Below, piece by piece: positions 42,172 to 52,609 of a DNA stretch of 61,682 nucleotides. Below the pieces are notes generated by a model, which saw only the letters and a list, made by a program, of their open reading frames with translations, had not been told where the DNA came from and did no database searches. This stretch comes from an uncultured Eubacteriales bacterium (GTDB lineage Bacteria > Bacillota > Clostridia > TANB77 > UBA1234). The translations under genes and the position numbers were made by a program. Within the stretch, counting starts at the first letter, position 1. Every line of letters starts with the position of its first letter. The stretch spans positions 67,459 through 129,140 of the forward strand of contig CAZNFG010000001.1 in NCBI GenBank assembly GCA_964572605.1. The letters run 5' to 3'.

Positions 42172-42694
42172 ATTAACAAAACAAATTGTTCTTGTAGTTG
42201 TATCTTTTATTATTCTTTTCTCTATTCCAATTTATTCAATAATTGTGCATAATGATGTGTTAAAAAACGGAGAGGAATTTTTATTTAAAGTTGAAACTTA
42301 TGATCCTTATGATATGTTTAGAGGAAATTATCTAAATATTAGATTTCAAGAAGACTCGGTTAGGAAAGAATATGAAGATTCTATATATAATGACAGCGGT
42401 TTTGAAGCCTATTTTACAATTAAAGAAGATGGTGATGGATTTGCCTATTTTAATAATATGAGCACAACAAAACCAAAAGATACAACAGATTACTTCAAAG
42501 GCTTTTATCATGAATATGCAAATCAGATAAAAACACCGACCAGGTATTATATGAATGAAAACAAATCTTTTAATGCAGAAGATATATATTTTGAAAATAT
42601 TGATAATACGTATGTTAAAGTTAGAGTAAAAAATGGAAAGATGGTTATAGTAGGAATATATGTTAATGGAGAACTAATAGATAGCATAGTATAA
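42164..42694 (+). CDS. GDYXXLXY domain-containing protein
   Basis: N-terminal TM helix and the motif DPYDMFRGNYLNIRF (GDYxxLxY-type). It overlaps the upstream stop by 8 nt. Confidence 0.6.
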   Translation: MNKLTKQIVLVVVSFIILFSIPIYSIIVHNDVLKNGEEFLFKVETYDPYDMFRGNYLNIRFQEDSVRKEYEDSIYNDSGFEAYFTIKEDGDGFAYFNNMSTTKPKDTTDYFKGFYHEYANQIKTPTRYYMNENKSFNAEDIYFENIDNTYVKVRVKNGKMVIVGIYVNGELIDSIV

Positions 42695-42717
42695 AAAATA
42701 TTTTGAACAATAAATAA

Positions 42718-42752
42718 GGCCTTCTTGATAAGTTATTATTATCAAGAAGGCC
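42718..42752. terminator. Bidirectional intrinsic terminator between convergent genes
   Basis: GGCCTTCTTGATAA-loop-TTATCAAGAAGGCC. Confidence 0.8.
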
Positions 42753-42776
42753 GTTACATTTTCTTATTAATTATTA

Positions 42777-44192
42777 TTATTTCATAAAAACTTTATAAGC
42801 TTTATATGTCATATATACATCAAACTTACTTGTTACTTCATACGGTGAATGCATTGAAAGTACTGGAGTACCACAATCGATAACATTCATACCTTTATTT
42901 GCTAAAATATATGCAATTGTGCCTCCGCCGCCTTCATCAACCTTACCAAGTTCACTAATTTGGAACTTAACTTTATTATCATCAAATAGCTTTCTTATCT
43001 TTGCAATGTATTCTGCATTTGCATCGTTTGCCCCACCTTTTCCTCTAGCACCTGTATATTTGTTTAAACCAACTCCCATACCAAAGAAACTTGCATTTCT
43101 TTTTTCTGAAGCTGATGCATATATTGGATCAAAGGCGCCATCAACGTCGGCTGAAAGCATATTTGAATTTGCAAGTAATCTATTTAAAACGTTTATGTCT
43201 GAATCTTCTTTAGAAAGATGAAGTAGTTCCCCTACGAAAGTTTCAAAAGCTCGTGATTCCATTCCAGTATTACCAACACTTCCTATTTCTTCTTTATCAA
43301 CAAGAGCACATATTGCTGTACGCTCTGGATTAACAACATCAAACATCGCCATTAACGATGTATAAGCACAAACCCTATCATCTTGTCCATATCCGGCAAC
43401 CATACTTCTATCGAAACCTAGGCTCTTTGCTTTTAAAGCTGGAACTATTTCAAGTTCAGCGCTTATAAAGTCTTTCTCAACGATTCCATATTTGTCGTTT
43501 AATATTTTCATAATGTTTAATTTTACTTTTTCGTTTAGCTTCTCATCTTCAAAAGGAATATTTCCAACTAGTAGATTTAAATCTTCACCTTCTATACCTT
43601 CTGAAAGTTTCTTTTCCATTTGCTTTCTTGCCATGTGTGGAAGAAGATCCGTTATAACGAACGTATAATCATCATTATCATCACCAACGTTTATACTAAC
43701 CGTTTTACCATCTTTAAGTGCAATAACACCATGAATTGCAAGTGGAATAGTAACCCATTGATATTTTTTAATTCCACCATAATAATGTGTTTTTAAATAA
43801 GCAAAATTTGAGTCTTCATATAAAGGATTTGGTTTTAAATCAAGACGTGGTGAATCAATATGAGCACCAACAACATTGATACCTTGAGAAATTGGCTTAG
43901 TACCAATTACAGCAAGCATAATGTTCTTATCTCTATTAATATAATAAACTTTATCTCCCGCTTTTAATAATTTAAATTTATCTAACGATTTAAATCCTTG
44001 TGCTTCAACAAGTTTTTTTGAATACGAAACGCATTCACGTTCTGTTTTACATTCATTTAAAAATTTAATATATCCATCACAAAACTTAAAAATGTTTTTC
44101 TTTTCAGATTCTGAAACTTCTTCCCAACCTATTTTATCGTCCATTAGAAGAGCGCTTTTTAGTTTTTCTCCAACTGTTTTTGTCTCTGCCAT
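42777..44192 (-). CDS. M18-family aminopeptidase
   Basis: 471 aa with GAHIDSPRLDLKPNP, GYGQDDR and VLSMHSPYE motifs typical of M18 (aspartyl-type) aminopeptidases. Confidence 0.85.
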   Translation of the reverse strand: MAETKTVGEKLKSALLMDDKIGWEEVSESEKKNIFKFCDGYIKFLNECKTERECVSYSKKLVEAQGFKSLDKFKLLKAGDKVYYINRDKNIMLAVIGTKPISQGINVVGAHIDSPRLDLKPNPLYEDSNFAYLKTHYYGGIKKYQWVTIPLAIHGVIALKDGKTVSINVGDDNDDYTFVITDLLPHMARKQMEKKLSEGIEGEDLNLLVGNIPFEDEKLNEKVKLNIMKILNDKYGIVEKDFISAELEIVPALKAKSLGFDRSMVAGYGQDDRVCAYTSLMAMFDVVNPERTAICALVDKEEIGSVGNTGMESRAFETFVGELLHLSKEDSDINVLNRLLANSNMLSADVDGAFDPIYASASEKRNASFFGMGVGLNKYTGARGKGGANDANAEYIAKIRKLFDDNKVKFQISELGKVDEGGGGTIAYILANKGMNVIDCGTPVLSMHSPYEVTSKFDVYMTYKAYKVFMK

Positions 44193-44480
44193 ATAAAAAC
44201 CTCCTATATTTAAAATTGTAACTCTATTAAAACATTATATACATAAGGTTTTTTATAATCAAGCATGGAAGAAAAATAAATGAAAACAAGATGGAAAAAT
44301 TTGTTATAGAGAACACAAACAACAAAATACAATGTTTGTCTAAGTTCTAGTACTGTAAGACGTCAAACTCAAAAAAGACTTGACTTTTAGGCCATAAATA
44401 TATAATATAAAAATGGTACGGAAGTAGGGGTTTGCAAGATTTTTAAGTGCCCTACCGAAATGATAGGAGGATTTAGTTTT

Positions 44481-45278
44481 ATGGGAGAAGTAATTGTTAT
44501 AACATCAGGAAAAGGTGGAGTTGGTAAAACAACAAGTGCAGCAAATCTTGGAACAGCACTTACAATGATGGGTAAAAAAGTTGCGCTAGTCGATACTGAT
44601 ATCGGACTTAGAAATCTAGATGTAGTAATGGGATTAGAAAACAGAATTGTATATGATATCGTAGATGTTGTTGAAGAAAACTGCAAACTAAAACAAGCTT
44701 TAATTAAGGATAGACGTTATGAAGGATTATTTTTACTTCCAGCGGCTCAAACAAGAGATAAGAATGCAGTAAATGAAGAGCAAATGAAAAAAATATGTGA
44801 AGACTTGAAAATGGAATTTGATTTCGTAATAATAGATTGCCCTGCAGGAATAGAGCAAGGCTTTAAAAATGCTATTGCAGGTGCAGATAAAGCATTTGTA
44901 GTTACCACACCAGAAGTTTCAGCGGTAAGAGATGCCGATAGAATTGTAGGATTATTAGAATCGAGTAATTTGCCAAAACCACAATTAATATTAAATAGAA
45001 TTAGAACAAAGATGGTTCAAAAGGGCGAAATGATGAATGCAAATGACATAGTAGAGCTACTATCAATTAAATTAATTGGAGCAATCCCTGATGACGAAAA
45101 TGTTATTATACAAACGAATAAAGGTGAGCCATCAGTAACAAATTCAAAATCACTATCTGGGAAGGCATACATGGAAACCGCAAGAAGAGTTATGGGAGAA
45201 GAAATAGAAGTAACAATACCTGGTAAACAAGAGGGATTTTGGAACAAAGTAAAATCAGCATTTGGTGGGGGTAAATAA
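44481..45278 (+). CDS. minD: Septum site-determining ATPase MinD
   Basis: VITSGKGGVGKTT deviant Walker A, DTDIGLRNLD, and a C-terminal amphipathic tail. Start at MGEVIV after AGGAGG. Confidence 0.93.
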   Translation: MGEVIVITSGKGGVGKTTSAANLGTALTMMGKKVALVDTDIGLRNLDVVMGLENRIVYDIVDVVEENCKLKQALIKDRRYEGLFLLPAAQTRDKNAVNEEQMKKICEDLKMEFDFVIIDCPAGIEQGFKNAIAGADKAFVVTTPEVSAVRDADRIVGLLESSNLPKPQLILNRIRTKMVQKGEMMNANDIVELLSIKLIGAIPDDENVIIQTNKGEPSVTNSKSLSGKAYMETARRVMGEEIEVTIPGKQEGFWNKVKSAFGGGK

Positions 45279-45337
45279 GTTTCTTTATGTTGAACGAAAG
45301 AGTAAGTGCAATGAAACAAAGATTAGGAGGCAAAATA

Positions 45338-46024
45338 ATGGAATTGAAAGAAGTTTTTGAACCAGTACTAAACTTTATCAAAAGCTTGCAAAAAAAAGAA
45401 AAAGAGCCCGCCTCTAAGCAAGCGGCAAAAGATAGATTAAAATTAGTTTTAATGCAAGATAGAGCAAGCGTTTCGCCAGATTTCTTTGAGATGATGAAGA
45501 GGGAAATAATAGATGTAATTAAAAAATATATAGAGATAGACGAAGAAGCGTTAGAAGTACAATTAACAAGAGGTCTGGAAGCTGGACTTGAAGGACCGGC
45601 ACTATATGCAAACATTCCAATAAAAAATGTTAAACCAATGGCTCCAAAAGGCGAGAGTGAAGATGAAGAAGATATCGAATTAGAAATAGTTGAAGAAGTA
45701 GTTGAAGAAAAAGTACCGCTAACAGAGGAAGAAGCCGAAAAAGTAGCGGAGGATATATTAAATGATTTAGAAAAAGTTGCAAAAAAAGAGAAAAAACAAG
45801 AAGATATAACTCAAGTTGAAGAAATATATGAAGAAGAAGTAATTTCAGAAGAAATAGATGAAAAAATAGACGAAGAAGAAAAAGAAAAACAAGAAGAAGA
45901 AAATAAAGAACAGAAAGTTAAAAAGACAGCAGCACCGAAGAAAAAGACAGCAACATCAAGCAAAAAAAAGACTGCAACAAAAAAGAAAACAACAACAAGG
46001 AAGAAAAAAGAAGCAGAAGAATAA
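45338..46024 (+). CDS. minE: Cell division topological specificity factor MinE with a long charged C-terminal extension
   Basis: AKDRLKLVLMQDRASVSPDFFEMMKREIIDVIKKYIEIDEEALEVQL matches the MinE core. About 130 further residues are E-rich then K/T-rich. ATG at 45338 after AGGAGG. Confidence 0.8.
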   Translation: MELKEVFEPVLNFIKSLQKKEKEPASKQAAKDRLKLVLMQDRASVSPDFFEMMKREIIDVIKKYIEIDEEALEVQLTRGLEAGLEGPALYANIPIKNVKPMAPKGESEDEEDIELEIVEEVVEEKVPLTEEEAEKVAEDILNDLEKVAKKEKKQEDITQVEEIYEEEVISEEIDEKIDEEEKEKQEEENKEQKVKKTAAPKKKTATSSKKKTATKKKTTTRKKKEAEE

Positions 46025-46091
46025 CGAAATAACAAGGGAGGCTGTTTATTGCCTCCCCTTTTCAAGTTAAGAAAAAAGGATGTGAAAATAT

Positions 46092-47193
46092 TTGTTCAAA
46101 AAAATAATCAAATCAATAGATTATATTATAATTGCTATCTTAATTGTACTTTTTATAATAGGTATAATTGCGCTATATAGTGCAAATGGAGGATCACAAG
46201 GAAATCAATCTGAAGCAGAAAAACAAGTAGTATGGTTTTTTATTGGTTTTACAGTAATGATGGCAATAGTTTTTATAGATTATGAATGGATCGCAAAATT
46301 ATGGATTCCTATATATATCGTGTCAGTTATAAGTTTAATTGCAGTGCTCTTTACTGCACCAGTAAATGGAGCAACAAGCTGGTTTAATGTTTTTGGTGTT
46401 GGTATTCAGCCAAGTGAGTTTGCAAAAATTGCAATCATATTGGGATTAGCACAGATAATAGTTTTATATAAGAAAAAAATAAATAAACCTTTGACGTTAT
46501 TGTGTATAATACTATTTGCAATGATTCCAATATTTTTAGTAGTTAAGCAACCAGACTATGGTACAGCAATGGTTTTAGTTGCAATCTTAGCATTTATGTT
46601 ATTTTTAGGTGGAATAGATTATAAATATATTATTGTTGCAGCAATTCTTGCAGCAATATCGTTACCAATGCTATATAATTTTATATTGCCAGAACATGCA
46701 AAATCAAGAATTGAAGTGTTTTTAAATCCACAAACTGATCCACAAGGAGCGGGATATAATATTATACAAGCAAAACTTGCGGTTGGTTCTGGACAATTAT
46801 GGGGAATGGGATTATTTGAAGGAAACCAAACACAGCTTCGGATATTTACCAATGAAAGTTACAGATTTTATATATGCAGTAATAGGTGAAGAGATGGGAT
46901 TTGTGGTATCAGCCATTGTAGTGATACTTTTTGTTTTATTAATAATAAGATCATATTATATTGCAAAGACAGCAAAAGATGAGTTGGGATCATTAATAGC
47001 AGCAGGAATTGCAACTATGTTTTTGGCACACTTTTTGGAAAATGTAGGAATGAATATAGGTCTAATGCCAATAACGGGAATACCTCTTCCTTTTATAAGT
47101 TACGGTGGAAGTTCTCTACTTACAAACTTTATTGGAATTGGATTATTACTTAGTGTAAATGTTAGACGAACAAAGAAAATGTTTGAATGGTAG
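46092..47193 (+). CDS. rodA: SEDS-family peptidoglycan polymerase RodA/FtsW; needs a +1 shift at in-frame CGG 46839..46841
   Basis: ORFs 46092..46889 and 46777..47193. CTT-CGG-A read as L-G gives ...[31 protein letters not shown]..., the conserved SEDS motif. Phase checked: 46839-46092=747 and 46840-46777=63. Confidence 0.85.
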
Positions 47194-47201
47194 GAGAAAA
47201 T

Positions 47202-48132
47202 ATGAAAATAGGAAATGTAGAAACTAGAAACAATATTTTTTTAGCACCGATGGCAGGAATAACAGATAAGACATTTAGAATGATATGTTTAGAATATGGT
47301 GCAGGCCTTACATATACGGAGATGATAAGTGCAAAAGGTATATATTATAATGATAAAAAAACAAAAGAATTAATGGATATAGATAAAAATGAATTTCCAG
47401 CAGCGGTTCAGATATTTGGTTCAGATGCGAATATAATGGCAGAAGTAGTAAAAAATATTGGAGAAAGTATAGATATAATAGATATAAATATGGGATGCCC
47501 AGTACAAAAAATAGTTAAAAATGAAGACGGTAGCAGGCTATTACTAAGACCAGATTTAATTGATGAAATAACAAAAAAAGTAGTAGAAAATGCAAGAGTA
47601 CCAGTAACAATCAAGATAAGAAGTGGCTGGGATAATGAACATATAAATGCAGTTGAAATAGCTAAAATAGCAGAGAAGAACGGAATATCTGCAATAACGG
47701 TGCATGGAAGAACAAGAGATCAATATTATACAGGGAAAGTAGATTTAGATATAATAAAAAAAGTAAAAGAAAGTGTTAAAATACCCGTAATTGGTAATGG
47801 AGATATAGTTGATAAAGAAACAGCAGATAAAATGTTTGAATATACAAAATGTGATGCGATAATGTTGGGTAGAGCAACTCTTCGGAAGCCCATGGATTTT
47901 TAAAGAAATATTAGAAGAAGATTTTATAAAACCTACGTATAAAGAAATATGTGAAATAATAAAAAGACATTTTAATATGATAGAAGAAGCAAAAGGTGAG
48001 TATATTGCGGTCAGAGAAATGCGCAAACATATAGGATGGTATCTAAAAGGTACACCTAATTCAGCAAAACTTAGAGCTAAAATTAACGCCCTAGAAACAA
48101 AACAAGAAGTTTTTGAGGCTCTAGAACAGTAA
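47202..48132 (+). CDS. dusB: tRNA-dihydrouridine synthase (DusB-like); needs a +1 shift at in-frame CGG 47883..47885
   Basis: FLAPMAGITD and MGCPVQKIV motifs. CTT-CGG-A read as L-G gives the conserved ...LGRATLGSPWIFKEI..., and the frame then runs to TAA at 48130..48132. Phase checked: 681 and 249 nt. Confidence 0.85.
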
Positions 48133-48202
48133 TAGTATTGCACAATTTTCAAAATTATGGTAAAATGAGATTGTATTATGTGAAGTGAAAGGAAGCCTGT
48201 AT

Positions 48203-49471
48203 ATGGATATAAAATTTTTAAATCAACCAAAAGAGACTAAATTAAGCGAGATATTAAATAAAAAATTAATGGCAGGGTTTGACGAAGTATATCTAATTGC
48301 GGGAATGGCAAAAGACAGTGGATTTGAAATTATATATGACAATATAAAACAGGGTACCCAAAATGGTAGTAAGGTACAGATTTTTACGGGAATAGATCGT
48401 AAAAATATATCAAAAGATATGCTACTTAAACTTCTTTCAATAAATTGCAAAGTTCATGTACATATAAATACTGAATCTGATAAAGTTGAAACAAGAATAT
48501 ATATGTTTGAAAGTAAAAATAATGATTCATATATATATGTTACAGGAGCAAAATTTTCAGAAGGCGGACTAGAAGGTAATAGTTGCACAATTTCAGAAAT
48601 AAAATACTCAAAAGAAGAAAAGAAAAACTATGAAATCGCTAAGCATAGCATTTTGCAAGGAATTACACAAGATTTCCATGCTGTAACAGAAGATGAGATC
48701 GTGTTACTTGCTGAAAAAGGAGAAATTGTTGCAAGAATAACAGATAGAAAGATTCCAAAGATAACAGAAATGTATGGCGGAAATTCAGAACAATCTTTAG
48801 GAGAACAAATCTATGATGAGGGTGGAAGTACATTAAATATAGACTTTGATGAATTTGAAGATATTGATATTGATATAGATCAAAATATTGTTGTAAGAGA
48901 AAATGTTGAGCTAGAAATTGAAAGAGAGCAAAAAAGAGAGAAAAAAGAAAAAGAAGAAATCCTTGAGAACATTGCATTAAAGGGAACAAGCATAGATAAA
49001 TTGTATGAAAAAACAAAAAATAATAATGAAGAAAAAACAAAACCAACAATACGTTTGTCAGGAACTCCAGACTTCAAAAATATGACAACATTAGTAATTG
49101 AATCAAACAAGATAATTGAAAAAGGTGTTGGAGCAGGAGAAGTAAAAATACCAAAAGAACTTTCTGAAAACTTAACAGACTTTTTTAAAGATGCTGATAA
49201 ATCTGAATTTTATGTGTTAGATAATAAAAATAATGAAGAAGAAAAAGATGAAACAATTGAAATAAAAAAGACGGAGAAAGGCATTTCTATTCTATCTGAA
49301 AAAATGATTCAAGCAGAAATAGTAGAAGGAGATATACTTAGAGTTGTTAAGATGACAGATGGAAAATATAGATGTGAAATAATACGTAAAGAAAGTAAAG
49401 AATATGATATTTGGATTTGCTTTTGTACAAACAGTATAAGAGGACAAAAAAGAAGATATGGAATAATATAA
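48203..49471 (+). CDS. Hypothetical protein: degenerate PLD/HKD-like N-domain plus possible B3-like (pseudobarrel) C-domain
   Basis: The N-domain resembles PLD-fold nucleases, but the HxK position reads E-T-R (VETRIYMFE...GAKFSEGGLEGNS). An acidic linker follows. The C-terminal GEVKIPKEL...ILRVVKM..YRCEIIRK resembles B3/AbrB-like DNA-binding barrels. Tentative. Confidence 0.35.
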   Translation: MDIKFLNQPKETKLSEILNKKLMAGFDEVYLIAGMAKDSGFEIIYDNIKQGTQNGSKVQIFTGIDRKNISKDMLLKLLSINCKVHVHINTESDKVETRIYMFESKNNDSYIYVTGAKFSEGGLEGNSCTISEIKYSKEEKKNYEIAKHSILQGITQDFHAVTEDEIVLLAEKGEIVARITDRKIPKITEMYGGNSEQSLGEQIYDEGGSTLNIDFDEFEDIDIDIDQNIVVRENVELEIEREQKREKKEKEEILENIALKGTSIDKLYEKTKNNNEEKTKPTIRLSGTPDFKNMTTLVIESNKIIEKGVGAGEVKIPKELSENLTDFFKDADKSEFYVLDNKNNEEEKDETIEIKKTEKGISILSEKMIQAEIVEGDILRVVKMTDGKYRCEIIRKESKEYDIWICFCTNSIRGQKRRYGII

Positions 49472-49509
49472 AGATATAAAAAATACTATCCAAAGAAGGA
49501 TAGTATTTT

Positions 49510-50373
49510 TTATGATTTTTCATATATAAGCAACGTTTTTTCATGAAGTTCTTTTCGAATTTGACTTGGTTTTTCAATTACTGAAGCAAGTTTTTCTTTA
49601 GTATTTAATGAATCTTCACATCCATCAGAAAAAGCAAGTATATATTTTGCATTGGCTAACGGAAAAGAAAATGTAGTAACAAAAGGCGTAGCTTTGTGTT
49701 CGCCAGTAAGCGCACCAAAGGTGTGTCTTTTTATATATTTTAATAAAGAATTATTTCTAACAGTCTTTCTCATAAATTTTCTAAAGTTAGGATTAGACCA
49801 ACTTGCATCAATTTTAAATAGCTTGAAATATAACGGAAGTTCACGACCACCTAATGTAGATATATTATTTTGGTTTGAATCAAATAATGTGTCTAAATTT
49901 TTGTTTAAAACGATAACTCGACAGTCACCAATTGCAAAGCCTAATAAACTATTATTAGAAAATACTCCACCGACTGCAACGGCAGCATAATAGTCGTTTA
50001 CAAGATAATCAATCTTCCTATTTGCATTCAAAGCATATATATCATTATTTATTTTCTTAACAACATCTAAGATATCTCTTTCAGAAATTGAATTTATATT
50101 AAATCCTGATACATATTTTATAAAATTATCTGAGCAAATAGTAGCAGCTCGTGTGGCACCACTAGGATTTGGATATTTTTTTATTATATCTAGTGCCTCT
50201 TCTAGATTTTTTGGATATTCAAGAGGTGTACAATCTGTTAAATCACGTGTGATACCATCTGCAATGCAAAAAGCTTCCTTTGAAATCGAAAAGTGATCCT
50301 CAATAACATGCTTTAAGTGGTTTTCGAGCATAACTGAAAAATCATATGTATTAGCAAATTTTAAAGTAAACAT
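49510..50373 (-). CDS. PP2C-like protein phosphatase family protein (tentative)
   Basis: CIADGITRD, IGDCRV and AFSDGC segments resemble PP2C/SpoIIE metal-binding motifs. ATG at 50373 after AAAGGAG. Confidence 0.45.
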   Translation of the reverse strand: MFTLKFANTYDFSVMLENHLKHVIEDHFSISKEAFCIADGITRDLTDCTPLEYPKNLEEALDIIKKYPNPSGATRAATICSDNFIKYVSGFNINSISERDILDVVKKINNDIYALNANRKIDYLVNDYYAAVAVGGVFSNNSLLGFAIGDCRVIVLNKNLDTLFDSNQNNISTLGGRELPLYFKLFKIDASWSNPNFRKFMRKTVRNNSLLKYIKRHTFGALTGEHKATPFVTTFSFPLANAKYILAFSDGCEDSLNTKEKLASVIEKPSQIRKELHEKTLLIYEKS

Positions 50374-50585
50374 AAAAACTCCTTTTATACATAATTTATA
50401 CACATTTTTATTATAACATAAACAAAACGAAGTTCAAGTCCATGCCCGAGTATAGAATGTATAAAATAACTTTTAAGAAGGTTAAGTATAACTTATCTTC
50501 TCTTACGGAAATACTTGAAATAAGGCGCAAATACATATATAATTAAATCGAAAAATGTACTAAAGAAGAAGTGGGGGTTTTATAT

Positions 50586-50840
50586 ATGACTAGCAAAAAA
50601 TCTTGGATTTTTTTAATATTTTTATTTTCAGGTATTATTATTGGAGGACTGCTTGGAGAACTTGCAAGTACCGTTCCATATTTATCATGGCTCGCATATG
50701 GGAAAAGCTTTGGATTAACAGATCCACTAGTACTTGATATAAATATATTGAAAATCACATTTAGCTTTTTAGTTCAGCTAAATGTTGCAAGTATTATAGG
50801 AATAGTAATTGCGGTTTTGATATATAGAAAAACAAAATAA
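50586..50840 (+). CDS. Small membrane protein (DUF4321-like)
   Basis: Two TM helices, located upstream of radC-mreB, as I recall for DUF4321 in Clostridia. Confidence 0.5.
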   Translation: MTSKKSWIFLIFLFSGIIIGGLLGELASTVPYLSWLAYGKSFGLTDPLVLDINILKITFSFLVQLNVASIIGIVIAVLIYRKTK

Positions 50841-50877
50841 ATTACATGGGGCAAATTTATATATGAGAGGACATTAA

Positions 50878-51562
50878 ATGAAGATTAAGGATTTGCCAGA
50901 AACAGAAAAACCATATGAAAGATTAGAGTGTTTAGGAGCAGAGATTTTATCTGATGCTGAATTACTTGCAATAATCATACAAAGTGGTACTAAAGAAAAA
51001 AGTGCAATTAGTATTGCACAAGAAATACTTTTATTAGATAAAGACAATAAAGGATTGTCATTCTTAAAAAGTATTACAAAAGAAGAATTAATGAGTATAA
51101 AAGGATTGGGAAGAATAAAATCACTACAATTGAAAGCGATTGCTGAGTTAAATATTAGAGCAAATTGTCCAAGAAGAAATATAAGACAAGTTATTAAGTC
51201 GCCAACAGACGTAGCATTGCTTATTATGCCAGAAATGAGAGAAGAATCGCAAGAACTTTTTAAAACAATAGTACTAAATACACAAAATCAGGTTTTGAAA
51301 ATTGTGACATCTGCAATCGGTACAGCCAACGGGGTGATTGTTGAGCCACGAGATATTCTAAAAGAAGCTATTAAATATAATGCTCCTAGGATAGTAGTTG
51401 CACATAATCATCCAAGTGGAAATTTAACTCCAAGTGAGGAAGATATAAAAGTAACTAAAAGATTGATAGAAGCTCGGCAAAATTGTTGGAATAGAAGTAC
51501 TTGATCATATAATTGTTGGTGATAATAGATTTTTAAGTTTAAAAAAAGAGGGGATTTTTTAG
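50878..51562 (+). CDS. radC: RadC-family (JAB domain) protein; needs a +1 shift at in-frame CGG 51475..51477
   Basis: HNHPSG JAB motif. GCT-CGG-C read as A-G gives the conserved tail ...[33 protein letters not shown], ending at TAG 51560..51562. Phase checked: 597 and 87 nt. Confidence 0.85.
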
Positions 51563-51575
51563 GAGGTAGTTTTAC

Positions 51576-52598
51576 ATGGGCTTTTTTGCAAGAGATATAG
51601 GAATAGATCTAGGAACTGCAAATACACTGGTACATCTAAAAGGTAAAGGAATAATAATTAGAGAGCCATCTGTTGTTGCAATAAACAAATATACAGGAGA
51701 GGTCGTTGCAGTCGGAACGGAAGCAAAGGAAATGCTTGGAAGAACACCAGAAAATCTAGACGCGATAAAGCCGCTTAAAGATGGAGTTATAGCAGATTTC
51801 ACAGCAACAAGAATGATGCTTAAATATTTAATAGATAAAGCGTGTCAAAGATATGTGTTTGCAAGACCAAGAGTTGTAATTTGTGTGCCAACTGGAGTTA
51901 CTGAAGTTGAAGAAAGAGCAGTTGAAGAGGCTACTTTAAACGCCGGTGCAAGAGAAGCATATCTTATGGAAGAACCAATAGCTGCAGCGATAGGAGCAGG
52001 ACTAAAAATAAGTGATCCTAGTGGAACTATGATAGTAGATATTGGTGGAGGTACAAGTGAAATTTGTGTAATTTCTCTTGGAGGAATAGTAACCAGTAAA
52101 TCTCTTCGTGTTGCGGGCGATGAGATGAATGAAGCAATAATAGATTATATAAAGAAAAAATTTAATATGGCAATTGGGGAAACTACAGCTGAAGAAATAA
52201 AGATTACGATAGGTTGCGCATATCCATCAATGACAACAGAAGAGATGGATGTCAAGGGCAGAGATTTTACAACGGGACTTCCAAAAACAATAACAGTAAG
52301 TTCAATTCAAATAGAAGAAGCCATGAAAGAAGTAATAATGCAAATTATAGATGGAATTAAAATGACATTAGAAAAAACACCACCAGAATTATCTTCAGAC
52401 ATTATGATAAATGGAATAACTTTATCTGGAGGCGGTGCATTAATAAAGAATTTTGATAGATTATTAGCTCTTGAAACAGGTATCCCTGTTAACATTGCAG
52501 ATAATCCATTAGATTGTGTTGTAAAAGGAGCGGGAAAGGTATTAGAGGACCTAGATTCTTTAAAGAACGTGTTAATTAATTCAAGAAAGAGGAGGTAA
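51576..52598 (+). CDS. mreB: Rod shape-determining actin homologue MreB
   Basis: DIGIDLGTANTLV, EPIAAAIGAG, VDIGGGT motifs. Confidence 0.96.
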   Translation: MGFFARDIGIDLGTANTLVHLKGKGIIIREPSVVAINKYTGEVVAVGTEAKEMLGRTPENLDAIKPLKDGVIADFTATRMMLKYLIDKACQRYVFARPRVVICVPTGVTEVEERAVEEATLNAGAREAYLMEEPIAAAIGAGLKISDPSGTMIVDIGGGTSEICVISLGGIVTSKSLRVAGDEMNEAIIDYIKKKFNMAIGETTAEEIKITIGCAYPSMTTEEMDVKGRDFTTGLPKTITVSSIQIEEAMKEVIMQIIDGIKMTLEKTPPELSSDIMINGITLSGGGALIKNFDRLLALETGIPVNIADNPLDCVVKGAGKVLEDLDSLKNVLINSRKRR

Positions 52599-52609
52599 GA
52601 AAAGAAACA

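Noticed and set aside
47745-48230. 161-aa minus-strand ORF covering the apparent gap after dusB
   Set aside because: The gap is explained by dusB continuing in the +1 frame to 48132 (conserved ...PWIFKEI...REMRKHIGWYLKG...). The minus-strand ORF is its antisense shadow.
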